Positions 1 through 9,115 of a DNA stretch of 22,760 nt are shown in pieces (position 1 is the stretch's first letter; the number at the start of each line of letters is the position of its first letter). The DNA lies in assembly GCA_051382335.1 (NCBI GenBank), contig JBBCAX010000231.1, forward strand, positions 1 through 22,760. Direction: 5' to 3'. Origin of the DNA: Deltaproteobacteria bacterium TL4 (lineage in GTDB: Bacteria > SAR324 > NAC60-12). A model generated the notes under the pieces. The model did not search any database and had not been told where the DNA came from. It was given only the letters and a program-made list of their open reading frames with translations. A program made the translations under genes and the position numbers.

Positions 1-488
1 GACAGCTCAATGAAAAATTTGCGGAAACGAGCCGTATCGTCAAAGAATTGTCAAAAAATATCGGAGGCTTGAATAACAAGTTTGGTTCCTTCACCGAAGG
101 GATGGCGTTTCCCTCCATCTCGAAAATTATGACAGAACGCTTTGGGATGGATACCTTTCTGACCCGTCTCCGCAAACGAAAAGAGGGAAAGAATATGGAA
201 GTGGACGCGGTGGCCTATACGAATGGGACGGTCAATGAGTTGTATGTGATTGAAATAAAAAGTCGTCTGGAACAACGGGATTTGGACCAAACGCTGGAGA
301 TTCTGAAAAACTTCCGGATGTTTTTTCCGGAGTTTTCCGACAAAACCATCCGGGGAATGGTTGTCTATGTGGATACCGAGTCTTCCGTGAGAGAGGACGT
401 CCTGCAATCGGGTCTGTATCTGGCCGCCATCCATGATGAAGTCTTTTCCCTTGAAACTCCCGCCAACTTTACGCCCAAAACCTTCTGA
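1..488 (+). CDS. 5'-truncated PD-(D/E)XK nuclease-fold protein (DUF3782-like)
   Basis: The frame is open from the window edge (QLNEKFAETSRIVKELSKNIGGLNNKFGSFTEG...), so the TTG at 48 is probably not the true start. EVDAVAY...YVIEIKS is a D...ExK motif following a coiled-coil-like segment. Confidence 0.65.
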   Translation, partial: QLNEKFAETSRIVKELSKNIGGLNNKFGSFTEGMAFPSISKIMTERFGMDTFLTRLRKRKEGKNMEVDAVAYTNGTVNELYVIEIKSRLEQRDLDQTLEILKNFRMFFPEFSDKTIRGMVVYVDTESSVREDVLQSGLYLAAIHDEVFSLETPANFTPKTF

Positions 489-532
489 TGGGTCTGTCCT
501 GGTCGCGAGACTTTCTACCGTGTTTTCTCTTT

Positions 533-681
533 GTGGCGCGCTCGCTTCGCTTAAGCGGCACCCTACCTTGAGTGGCGCGCTCGCTTCGCTTAAGCGGCAC
601 CCTACCTTGAGTGGCGCGCTCGCTTCGCTTAAGCGGCACCCTACCTTGAGTGGCGCGCTCGCTTCGCTTAAGCGGCACCCT
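533..681. repeat. Tandem array of a 39-bp REP-like unit (3 identical full copies plus a 32-bp partial)
   Basis: GTGGCGCGCTCGCTTCGCTTAAGCGGCACCCTACCTTGA at 533, 572 and 611, partial copy at 650-681. Contains the palindrome CGCTTAAGCG. The minus strand reads GTAG-GGTGCCGCT...GCGAAGCG...CCAC. Confidence 0.9.
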
Positions 682-756
682 TTCTACAAACCCGCTAAAA
701 TCCAGCGTTTATTTAGGAAAGATGTCTATTTAATTCTTGTTCCTATGCCTGTTCGG

Positions 757-2112
757 TTAAGGTCTGGCTCTTATTTCCCGTTCCAACCACTTATTAGCGT
801 TTCGTCCGGCTTTTTGATAGTTTTCCAGAACCTGATCTGCGGGGGTTCGAGCGTTTTTGGTGTATTTTTCAAAAAAAGGCAGTAACCAATGTTCGCCCTC
901 GGATCCCAGAGCCTCTAAAATCCACTCTGTCATTTCTATAACCATTTTTGAAAAACTGAGCCAATTCACTTCTGCTTGCAAGCCCTCACGTGCGGCGGCT
1001 TTTAGGAAAAGGGGATAATCTTCCAGAGGAAACTCCATCACCCGAGATTGGATTTTTTCAAAAACGGATTCATTGTAGACGAGGGCCTGAATCAACGCGG
1101 GAATCGCCATAAAGTCTTCAGGAGGAACGGTGTCAATGGCTCGTACTTCTATAATCTTTTTAATCCGTATTTCCGGAAAAAGCATGCCCAAATGCTCAGC
1201 CCAGTCGTCTGGCGTCACTTGAATTTGGGGATGTACGCCTTCCATCAGTTGAGCAAAAGAGGAATGAGTCATTTCGAGCATTTCCCCATTTCGTTGGAGA
1301 TAATAGGGCGGGGCTTTTAAGGCCCAATCGATGTAATCCTGCAATTGAAACGTAGGTTCCAGAAAAGGCAGAGGAATTCCCGCACGACAAGAATCGGTGC
1401 TCCTCCAGATTCTGCTTCGAAAGGACTTGTAACCTGTGGGTTTTCCTTCATACAACGGGCTATTGGCAAACATTGCGGTCAGGAAAGGCGCAAGGCGATT
1501 CAACAGGACAAACTTCCGCTCCAAATCTTCAATGGAAAAATAATCAATACTGACTTGAGCGCCCGCGGTTGCTTTCATCATGAGTTGACCATGCGTTCCT
1601 ACTTTTTTCATATATGGGAACATAATATGGTATCGCTTTTTACCAATCATGGGCAAGGCGGACAGAGGAAATAAGGGCTGAACCCCATGAAACAAAATAC
1701 TTCCCGAAAAAGGGCTGATTGCCAGCGATAAATAACGGAGGTGTGTTTCGATGGCATGCTCAATACTTGCCAAGGTTTGTCGGGGCGCATCAGAAAGCTC
1801 AATTTGTCCTCCTGGCTCAATCGTCAGACTTTGACCTGAAGCCTCAATGATACTGATGGTTTTATGATTTTCATATTTCTTTTGATAAAAATGTCCTTCT
1901 TGTTGGGCGCTGTCGCAATAATTATTTAATAATTGCTCCACATCGGGAAAACCCTCCGTGGGCAGAGGACGATAAGTGGTACGCCCAGGAATCGTTTTAT
2001 TCGGAAGAATGACGAACTTCTCGTACTCAATTCCCAAGTACTCATTCGCAGGCGTGAAGGTTTTACTTTGAACACATTGAATAAAGTAATCTTTGAGTAT
2101 AGAATGATTCAT
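757..2112 (-). CDS. gshA: Glutamate-cysteine ligase, GCS2 family (GshA/EgtA-like)
   Basis: 451 aa with motifs LGIEYEKF, TIEPGGQIELS, AMFANSP, FPEIRIKKIIEVRAID. Confidence 0.85.
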   Translation of the reverse strand: MNHSILKDYFIQCVQSKTFTPANEYLGIEYEKFVILPNKTIPGRTTYRPLPTEGFPDVEQLLNNYCDSAQQEGHFYQKKYENHKTISIIEASGQSLTIEPGGQIELSDAPRQTLASIEHAIETHLRYLSLAISPFSGSILFHGVQPLFPLSALPMIGKKRYHIMFPYMKKVGTHGQLMMKATAGAQVSIDYFSIEDLERKFVLLNRLAPFLTAMFANSPLYEGKPTGYKSFRSRIWRSTDSCRAGIPLPFLEPTFQLQDYIDWALKAPPYYLQRNGEMLEMTHSSFAQLMEGVHPQIQVTPDDWAEHLGMLFPEIRIKKIIEVRAIDTVPPEDFMAIPALIQALVYNESVFEKIQSRVMEFPLEDYPLFLKAAAREGLQAEVNWLSFSKMVIEMTEWILEALGSEGEHWLLPFFEKYTKNARTPADQVLENYQKAGRNANKWLEREIRARP

Positions 2113-2307
2113 GGCATAGTGACTGCTTATGTGATTTAAGAATACCGATGGCCTTCAAACCGGACAAAACACACTCTGTTTTTCATCCCTCACCAACAAA
2201 AACATCATTCCAGGTGGTTGTTCGAGTATGGGGCGGTAGAATGGGTCAACGAAGTGACGCCCTTCAAAAGGGCTGGCAAAATGAGAGTTTTCAGACAGCC
2301 AACCAGA

Positions 2308-2414
2308 CCATAGACTTTCAGCTAAGTCTTTCCTGGGAAGGCAGACATCCTGCCCGCAAAAGCAGACAGGACGCCTGCGCTCCCAGCCCAAAATACTTTT
2401 CTGAAACACTATAG
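2308..2414 (+). mobile_element. ~107-bp MITE-like repeat, copy 1
   Basis: Aligns without gaps to 8760-8866. Imperfect terminal inverted repeats (TAGACTTTCAG... / ...CTGAAACACTA) and an internal GC-rich palindrome. Confidence 0.8.
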
Positions 2415-2488
2415 ATTGTAAGAGATGGAGAAGTATAAGAATTTTGTAGGAATACGCAAGCAATAACCTTTTTCTCGTTGCAAATGAT

Positions 2489-3394
2489 ATGTCCCCTTTG
2501 ATTACACAATTCATGGATCATTTATCCTCAAAAAAATACTCGGAAAATAGCCTTCAGAATCATCGTCTGGACTTGTTTAAATTTGAAAAATGGCTTTCAG
2601 GTGAAGAGGAAATGACTTTGATCCGTCTGCAAAAATTAAAAGCGCCAGACATCAAAGCTTATTCTGAGGAGCTGCTGCAAAGGATGAAACCTCGTTCGGT
2701 TGCCAGGCATCTTTCAACGTTGAAGTTGTTTTTAGACTTCTGGGAAAGTCAAGGACTCCTCATTTCAAATCCCGTGTATTTGGTGCGTTTTCCTGAAATT
2801 GTGCCGGAACCTCCGGAAATGATTTCGTCGCATGAAATCGTGGCCTTACTGGAAGCGCCCTCAAAAGAGCACTATTTAGGTATCAGGGATCGAGCAATGC
2901 TTGAACTCGCTTACTCCTGTGGACTCAAAGTCCACGAATTAACAGCCTTGAATGTAGGCGACCTTTTTTTAGACTTAAAATTCCTGAAAGTTCGAGGCAA
3001 GCGGGAACGAATGGTTCCCATGACCTCAAAAGCGGTTGAGATTCTGATGGAATATTTAGCGCAAACGCGCCAGGAACGCTTGGAGAATAAGGAGGATCCT
3101 TGTCTCTTTGTGAATCGTAATGGAAAACGGATCACCCGGATTGGTTTTTGGAATATCATTAAAAAACACGCACGTCGTGTGGGAATTACCAGTAAAATCA
3201 ATCCACGTATTCTTCGCCACTCTTTTGCCATCCATTTAATACAGAATGGAATGGACTTGACGGGAATTCAAGCGTTGTTCGGCTATGTCGATTTAGATGC
3301 AACGTTACAGTATGCTCACATCAATCGTCCGGATTTTCATGAGGTGTATCATCGGTGTCATCCTCGTGGAAACGCAAAACTTCCGACGCAATAA
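2489..3394 (+). CDS. XerD-like tyrosine recombinase with altered catalytic residues
   Basis: RDRAMLEL, LRHSFA, TRIGFW and C-terminal HPRG resemble XerD. Catalytic positions read K147, R240, R243, Y266, Y275 instead of R-H-R-H-Y. Confidence 0.85.
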   Translation: MSPLITQFMDHLSSKKYSENSLQNHRLDLFKFEKWLSGEEEMTLIRLQKLKAPDIKAYSEELLQRMKPRSVARHLSTLKLFLDFWESQGLLISNPVYLVRFPEIVPEPPEMISSHEIVALLEAPSKEHYLGIRDRAMLELAYSCGLKVHELTALNVGDLFLDLKFLKVRGKRERMVPMTSKAVEILMEYLAQTRQERLENKEDPCLFVNRNGKRITRIGFWNIIKKHARRVGITSKINPRILRHSFAIHLIQNGMDLTGIQALFGYVDLDATLQYAHINRPDFHEVYHRCHPRGNAKLPTQ

Positions 3395-3508
3395 GAGGGA
3401 AGCCAAACATGAAAGTCTTGTGTTGTATAGATAAAATATGATAAGCCTTCCTCAAACAGGACTCAGTCGTTATTTATTTATCTATTTCCAAGAGAGGAGG
3501 AAAACTCG

Positions 3509-4285
3509 GTGAGTATCAAAATTGCAATTATGTCCATGAAAGGAGGACAAGCCAAAACCGGATTGGCGATTAATCTTGCGGCTCGAATTGCGAAGGCCAA
3601 GCGAGATGTGTTACTGATTGACTCTGATGTTCAAGCTAACGTAACCACTGTTTTTCAACGAGACCATCAATGTAATTTAGCCGCAATCCTTCTTGGGAAT
3701 GCCAAAAATTTTGAGTTCATTAAAATCGCACCCTATCTGCATTTCCTCCCGTCAGGAGGCAAAGACATGGTTGAAGCGGGCCGGTACATCAGTAATTCCC
3801 GCTTTCGTGAAACCATCTTGAAAAATTTACTCGATCCCTTAGATCACAGTGTGATCGTAGTTGACTGCGCGCCCAGTTGGAGTGAAGTTAACGAAAATGT
3901 ACTCATGTATGCCGATTATGTCATCATCCCTGTGGTTACCGATTATTTAGGATTTAGTGGCTGTGATCAAGTCATGATGTATATCGAAGAATTGAGAAAT
4001 GAATCGAAAGGGATTTGTAATGTGAAGGTTTTGGGAATTGCGATAACACGGTTTAACAGCAGAACCAATATTTCGAAAACCATTGTCCAAGGATTAAAAG
4101 AGCGTTGGCCGGAATTAGTCTTCAAAAATATGATTGAAGAATCGGTTTCGATTCAAGAAGCCCCTGCTTTTCATCAAAGCATTTTTGATTATAAAGAGGG
4201 AAAGACGAAAGGGGCGATGATGTATGATGCATTATGCAAAGAAATTTTGTTGCGTATTGCGGAACAGCAAAATGAGAGGGATTAA
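3509..4285 (+). CDS. parA: ParA/Soj/MinD-family ATPase
   Basis: Deviant Walker A KGGQAKT, LIDSDVQAN, Walker B VVDCAP. SD AGGAGG at 3495-3500 before a GTG start. Confidence 0.85.
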   Translation: MSIKIAIMSMKGGQAKTGLAINLAARIAKAKRDVLLIDSDVQANVTTVFQRDHQCNLAAILLGNAKNFEFIKIAPYLHFLPSGGKDMVEAGRYISNSRFRETILKNLLDPLDHSVIVVDCAPSWSEVNENVLMYADYVIIPVVTDYLGFSGCDQVMMYIEELRNESKGICNVKVLGIAITRFNSRTNISKTIVQGLKERWPELVFKNMIEESVSIQEAPAFHQSIFDYKEGKTKGAMMYDALCKEILLRIAEQQNERD

Positions 4286-4287
4286 TC

Positions 4288-5043
4288 ATGGCAAGAGCAC
4301 TTAAATTCAATTTACGATCCCAATCACAAATTGTTAAGGAAGGGGATATTCCGGTTGAAAAAGAACGCGTGATTCCTGTGGGAATTCGGAAAGCTACTTT
4401 TTTCATTCCTGACCTGGAAGAGGCGTTAGAATTAGGTTTGGAAAAGGGAGCTCCCAAGATTCAAAAAGTGGTTGACCAGATCAATCAGTACATTGAAAAC
4501 ATTGCGGATGATTATTTTTTACTGGGATTGCATTTAATATCGCTACACCATGTCTTGAAAAAATCAGGCCTGACCACAGAGCAAGTCAAATCCTGGTATA
4601 CGGAGAATATCAACATGCCCTATTCTTCGGCAATGCAATGTAAAAAAGTCGCTGAAGCCTATCGGGAGCAACCAGATCTCATTGGTAAATATACGGCCTC
4701 AGGAGCCTATTTATTGAGTTCTTGTTCTCAAGAAGAGCGAGACGAAATCTGGAATGAAGCCCGGAGAGACAAAGACACCGCTACCGTTCGTGAGCTTCGG
4801 GAAACCTTAAAACGACGAAGAGAACAAGTGGCGCTTGAAGAACCTGTTGTTGAGGATGTTGTCAAGGAAGCACTTCCGACCTTTCGAATGACGGAAGTGC
4901 AAATTCATGAGTCCTTATTGCAGTTAACCAGCTACTCCAAAAACCTGACTCAATGCGCAAATCCTGACGAGCAGGTCGAAATGAGGCACGCTTTAATTGA
5001 AGCCATCCAAGATCTGATCACGAAAATCGAAGAGACGGTTTAG
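4288..5043 (+). CDS. Hypothetical helical protein, probable ParA partner (resembles DUF3102 / chlamydial pGP6 / Borrelia PF49 types)
   Basis: Starts 2 nt after the parA stop. Segment YFLLGLHL...VKSWYTENINMPYSSAMQCKKVAE resembles the 'IG..L...F..W.......S.A..YM.IA' pattern of these families. No ParB GxRR motif. Confidence 0.6.
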   Translation: MARALKFNLRSQSQIVKEGDIPVEKERVIPVGIRKATFFIPDLEEALELGLEKGAPKIQKVVDQINQYIENIADDYFLLGLHLISLHHVLKKSGLTTEQVKSWYTENINMPYSSAMQCKKVAEAYREQPDLIGKYTASGAYLLSSCSQEERDEIWNEARRDKDTATVRELRETLKRRREQVALEEPVVEDVVKEALPTFRMTEVQIHESLLQLTSYSKNLTQCANPDEQVEMRHALIEAIQDLITKIEETV

Positions 5044-5051
5044 GGGTTCTT

Positions 5052-5936
5052 TTATTTCCCTAAACCCTCCATAATGGCACAAGCCTCCTTGTGGTGCTTC
5101 TCACAGGCCGTGGCAAAAGATTGTTTTGCGAGAGGGGATTGCTTCATTTTTAATAAAATGTGGCCTTGTAAATAATACAAATTCGCGTTTTCCGTGTCCT
5201 TCTCTAACGAAACCTGTAAATCTTGTAACGCCTTATTGTAGTTTTTCGCTCCATAAAAGGCGGCTGTGCGCAAAGTATAAATATTCGGATCATCAGGATG
5301 CTGTTCTTTGTATTTTGAAAAATCCGAAACCGCTCCCTCATAATTAAGAACATTCAAAAGAGTGACTCCTCGATTGAAATAAAAATCCATTTCCTTGTCC
5401 TTTAAAGTAATTGCCTGCTCGAAATCCTGCAACGCCTGAGGATATTCATTACTTGCGGCAAGAACGACCCCTCTGAAATTGTGAACATAGGGACTATCTT
5501 TTTGGATCAAAATCAGCTTGTTCAATTCGTCCAGAGCCTGTTTATGACGTTGGCTATGGTAATACGCTTGAGCGCGTGCTGAAATGATCGCGACATCATT
5601 GTCGAGGGTCTTCGACGATTCCATTAAATCAGTGATCGTTTGAGCGTATTGCCCCAGTTTCAAGTAAGTCAGTCCACGGTTTTTATAAACCTCACCTGCC
5701 GTCGGAGCCTTTTCAACCGCTTGGTTAAATTCAACCAGTGCCGCCTGATAATTTCCTGAATTGTAGGCTTGGACTCCCCGTTGATTGAGTTCTCCTGGAC
5801 CATCTAACGTCAGTAAAAAGGCGAAGGCTCCATTGAGTCCCATTAAGACTAAAATAACCACCAAGAGGATTATTTTAGCGGAACCACTGTTTTTTTTTCT
5901 TGAGAGTTGAATCTGAGAACGCTTTCCTCGTTTCAT
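5052..5936 (-). CDS. Membrane-anchored tetratricopeptide repeat protein
   Basis: Basic N-terminus, hydrophobic helix IILLVVILVLMGLNGAFAFLL, then repeated TPR motifs (YKNRGLTY, HNFRGVV, YFNRGVT). Confidence 0.85.
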   Translation of the reverse strand: MKRGKRSQIQLSRKKNSGSAKIILLVVILVLMGLNGAFAFLLTLDGPGELNQRGVQAYNSGNYQAALVEFNQAVEKAPTAGEVYKNRGLTYLKLGQYAQTITDLMESSKTLDNDVAIISARAQAYYHSQRHKQALDELNKLILIQKDSPYVHNFRGVVLAASNEYPQALQDFEQAITLKDKEMDFYFNRGVTLLNVLNYEGAVSDFSKYKEQHPDDPNIYTLRTAAFYGAKNYNKALQDLQVSLEKDTENANLYYLQGHILLKMKQSPLAKQSFATACEKHHKEACAIMEGLGK

Positions 5937-6057
5937 GATGCATCCTTTTCATTGAGCATGTTAATCATAAGTTTAGGGAAACAAACCCCTTGTTTTATGA
6001 GGTAACACGGTAAATCGAAATCAGCAACGAAAAAATTTCGTTGGAGTGGTGCTTTCG

Positions 6058-6405
6058 CTATTTATTGGAGTCGAGAACGGTCAGGGTTAAGTTCGGATAT
6101 TTGATCTGGTAAGGTAAGGACACCTCCAAAGTCTGTTGAGCCGAGTCAGGTACCATTACATGAATACCGAGGAAATCGTCATGAAAAGTAAGAGCAATTT
6201 CCATATTTGGAGTTTTGAGCTTTAAGGTAGTCTCCTCAAGTATTCGGGAACACAGGTTTAGAGCGTAGATTTCGGTGACGTAACCTCGAAACTGAGCACG
6301 TGTTTCCGATTCCTGAATTAATATTTTCTGCCCATGTTGCTGACGGAAAAAATGAACTGTAGAGGATTTATCCCATTCCATAGTTTTCATCAATAGAGAA
6401 TTCAA
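6058..6405 (-). CDS. Hypothetical protein, probably co-transcribed with obgE
   Basis: 115-aa ORF beginning 16 nt after the obgE stop. AGGAGG overlaps the obgE stop codon. Start codon uncertain. Confidence 0.6.
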   Translation of the reverse strand: MNSLLMKTMEWDKSSTVHFFRQQHGQKILIQESETRAQFRGYVTEIYALNLCSRILEETTLKLKTPNMEIALTFHDDFLGIHVMVPDSAQQTLEVSLPYQIKYPNLTLTVLDSNK

Positions 6406-6421
6406 TTACCAGAAGAGCCTC

Positions 6422-7459
6422 CTAACTTTGGTGTTGGGAATCAACCTCTGCCCTTTTTTGGCGCGCGATCTTTACCATTTTCGATAAAAAAGGCAAAAGT
6501 TCATCCAAACCTTGTCGGGTCACCGCGGAAATTTCAAACACGGTTTCCCCAGCCTCTGCCAGTTGCGATTTTAATTGTAAAACCTCACTTCGATCACTTA
6601 CCGCATCCAGTTTATTAAGTACCACAACATGCGATTTTTCCATCATAGTCGGTGAGAATTTGGACAATTCATGTTTCAATATTTTATATTCTTCCCAGGG
6701 AGGATGCTCTGCAAAGCCAGAAACATCCAACAGGATGAGTAAGGTTGCGGTTCGTTCGATGTGTTTTAAAAAACGATCCCCCAGACCAACTCCCTCATGA
6801 GCCCCTTCAATGAGGCCTGGAATATCCGCGACAACGAAGGCTTCAAATTGATCCATTTTGACCACCCCCAGTTGAGGGACTAACGTCGTAAAAGGATAAT
6901 CCGCAATTTTAGGATGCGCATGAGAAATGGCGCTGATTAACGTCGATTTTCCTGCATTAGGGAAACCCACTAAACCCACATCAGCCATCAATTTTAATTC
7001 CAGACGAACCCACATCTCGACCCCGGGTAGTCCGGGTTGATGATATTCAGGCGCACGGTTTGTTGATGTTTTAAAACGGGCATTTCCCCGGCCGCCAATA
7101 CCTCCCTTTAAAAAAACATACGCTTCATTGTCTAAAATTTCCAACAGCGCTTCTCCGGTATCGACATCCGTAATAACGGTACCCAGTGGAACAGAAATGA
7201 GGACATCTTCCCCGTTTTTCCCGTGCTGTTTGCTCCCTTTGCCGTGACCCCCATTTTTTGCGTGTTGATGTTGTTGGAAAGACAAATCCAGCAAGGTATT
7301 TTTATTGGGATTTCCCTGAAACGTAACATTGCCACCCTTACCTCCGTCACCACCATCAGGACCCCCCAAAGGGACGTATTTTTCTCGACGAAATGAGGTA
7401 CATCCGACTCCGCCGTCACCTGAGCGAATATGTATTTTTACAGAATCTACAAATTTCAT
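6422..7459 (-). CDS. obgE: GTPase ObgE/CgtA
   Basis: MKFVD start, glycine-rich Obg fold (FRREKYVPLGGPDGGDGG), G1 GFPNAGKS, YPFTT, DIPG, NKLD, ISA. Start placed at ATG 7459 by family consensus. Confidence 0.97.
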   Translation of the reverse strand: MKFVDSVKIHIRSGDGGVGCTSFRREKYVPLGGPDGGDGGKGGNVTFQGNPNKNTLLDLSFQQHQHAKNGGHGKGSKQHGKNGEDVLISVPLGTVITDVDTGEALLEILDNEAYVFLKGGIGGRGNARFKTSTNRAPEYHQPGLPGVEMWVRLELKLMADVGLVGFPNAGKSTLISAISHAHPKIADYPFTTLVPQLGVVKMDQFEAFVVADIPGLIEGAHEGVGLGDRFLKHIERTATLLILLDVSGFAEHPPWEEYKILKHELSKFSPTMMEKSHVVVLNKLDAVSDRSEVLQLKSQLAEAGETVFEISAVTRQGLDELLPFLSKMVKIARQKRAEVDSQHQS

Positions 7460-7614
7460 TAAAGTCTTTACGCTTAAAGTCAAAATAAGTCACACAGACC
7501 GAAAGTCCTTGAAACAGAGCTTTCTCTGTGCCTTTGCCGTAATAAGGAAGAAGTGCCCTTTACGTTGATAATGGAAGCGAAGATACATGAAATTAGAAGA
7601 GGAGTCCAGTTTCT

Positions 7615-8736
7615 TTAAATTTGAAAAAACTTCAGGAAGCTTTCGGGCAGGTTAATTTGCAAATGCCGGTTTAAATGATGGACAAAGGGGAAGAGCGCTT
7701 CCTTCAAGCAATTATGATATAAGGTCTTGTTTGACGCGCTATAAGAAGTCAGTTCCTTGTAAGTCTGGTTTGTTTTCCGCATGAGGATTTTTGCATGCAA
7801 ACTGGTGGTTGCTTCTCCTTTTTTTAAAGCATCCGTGATACATTGATCAGAAAATCCACAAAGGAGATAGGTAAAGGAGTTATCAAAACGAAAGATGGTA
7901 CAGGGTCGGTTTTCAGGGTAAGCACTGCGGATTGTTTGAACAAACTGAATAAAGGCGTCACGGTTTCCATCCGTTTTCCAAAAGTCCAAGGAATCTGAGT
8001 TGAGCTCTTTGTGGGGTTCCGCATTAAAAAAGCGGAAAAATTCCTGATCTTTGTATTTCAATACCTCAGGGTTCCCTTCAATTTGCGGTTTTTGCTCTTG
8101 CAGGGCTCTCATTGACTCATTCAATTCTGTATCCCCGAGAGGCAAATAATTAGCCTGACCATGATTGACGTTTTGCTTCTCAACCCAATCTTTGACAAAG
8201 CGTTCCTTTAAATGGAGATAGGTTGAAAACAGGTGAGACAGTGTGATTTTCAAAACTTCACGTCTTAACGCCATAGCGGGGAGATTCGCTGGAATTTTAG
8301 AAACGCGTTTGCCTAATTCTTCCAAATCGAGGTTATCAGGGTAAGCTTTCCTCAATTCTTTGAGGTTGAGCAGGGTTCTCTGAATTCTTAAATTGGTTCG
8401 TTTAATGAAAGCCCGCTCACGGCAGCTTTGGACCGTACCCGGATTAAAAACCTCGCAATGCAGTTGACTTTTGTTCTCGCCTTGTAAGAGTACGGCTTTC
8501 TGAGCATCCACAGGTTGGTTTCTGAATAACCGATCCACAAACCTGGTTTGAAGTATTTTAAGCACAGGTTTTAAAACATCCGCATGAACGATACGTTGTT
8601 GAAGGGAACGGAGTTCCTTTGCAACACTCAAAGCTTCACCGCGGGCTGCTTTCGCAATATCTACAGGAAGAGTCACTCCTCGTTTTAATCCCGGACGAAT
8701 GGTCAGTTTTAATTTTTCATCAGGAATATTCAGCAT
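7615..8736 (-). CDS. Hypothetical protein
   Basis: 373-aa uninterrupted ORF filling the intergenic space; no motif recognised. Confidence 0.7.
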   Translation of the reverse strand: MLNIPDEKLKLTIRPGLKRGVTLPVDIAKAARGEALSVAKELRSLQQRIVHADVLKPVLKILQTRFVDRLFRNQPVDAQKAVLLQGENKSQLHCEVFNPGTVQSCRERAFIKRTNLRIQRTLLNLKELRKAYPDNLDLEELGKRVSKIPANLPAMALRREVLKITLSHLFSTYLHLKERFVKDWVEKQNVNHGQANYLPLGDTELNESMRALQEQKPQIEGNPEVLKYKDQEFFRFFNAEPHKELNSDSLDFWKTDGNRDAFIQFVQTIRSAYPENRPCTIFRFDNSFTYLLCGFSDQCITDALKKGEATTSLHAKILMRKTNQTYKELTSYSASNKTLYHNCLKEALFPFVHHLNRHLQINLPESFLKFFQI

Positions 8737-8759
8737 GACTTACCTGTGTGATGGTTTTA

Positions 8760-8866
8760 ATATAGACTTTCAGATAAATTTTTCCTGGGAACGCGGGCAT
8801 CCTGCCCGCAAAAGCAGGCGGGACACCTGCGCTCCCAGCCCAAAATACTTTTCTGAAACACTATAG
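8760..8866 (+). mobile_element. ~107-bp MITE-like repeat, copy 2
   Basis: TATAGACTTTCAGATAA...TTTTCTGAAACACTATA ends; 25-4-25 internal palindrome at 8785-8838. Confidence 0.85.
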
Positions 8867-9115
8867 TACAATGAGACGATCCGGAAAGGAAGACAGGAAA
8901 AAAGTGTGATGAGTCCACACGTGAAGGTTATGAGCAAAACACATGCCGACTTGTTCTCATGGCCTCTATTTCTCAAAAGTAAATTGAGAAAACCCCTTTC
9001 TCTCAGGACTTTTCTCAAAAAACATGAAAAAGTTGAAAAAACACTAAAAACTTTTAAGCTCTCTTTGCGTGCTCTGCGTCTTTGCACTAATTCACTTCTT
9101 GGGGTGAAGGGATTT

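Noticed and set aside
533..681. CRISPR array
   Set aside because: Units are directly tandem and identical, with no unique spacers and no cas genes in the window.
433..885. ORFs 433-885 (+) and 469-678 (-) with repeated 13-aa peptides
   Set aside because: They arise from the 39-bp repeat being a multiple of three, and they overlap better-supported genes.
2110..2137. dif-like site near the xer gene (GCATAG...TTATGTGATTT)
   Set aside because: Poor match to the 11-6-11 dif consensus and wrong spacing between arms.
2259..2300. GTTTTCAGACAGCC (IS5/IS1182-like end) plus a small hairpin next to MITE copy 1
   Set aside because: No partner inverted repeat or transposase remnant found, and too short to support a call.
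6025..6043. Hairpin CAACGAAA-N3-TTTCGTTG after the obgE operon
   Set aside because: AT-rich stem without a clear U-tract, so not enough for a terminator call.
9010..9090. Degenerate CTTTGCG/CTCTGCG short-repeat tract (similar trace near 7490-7540)
   Set aside because: Looks like a decayed palindromic repeat but is too eroded to define boundaries.
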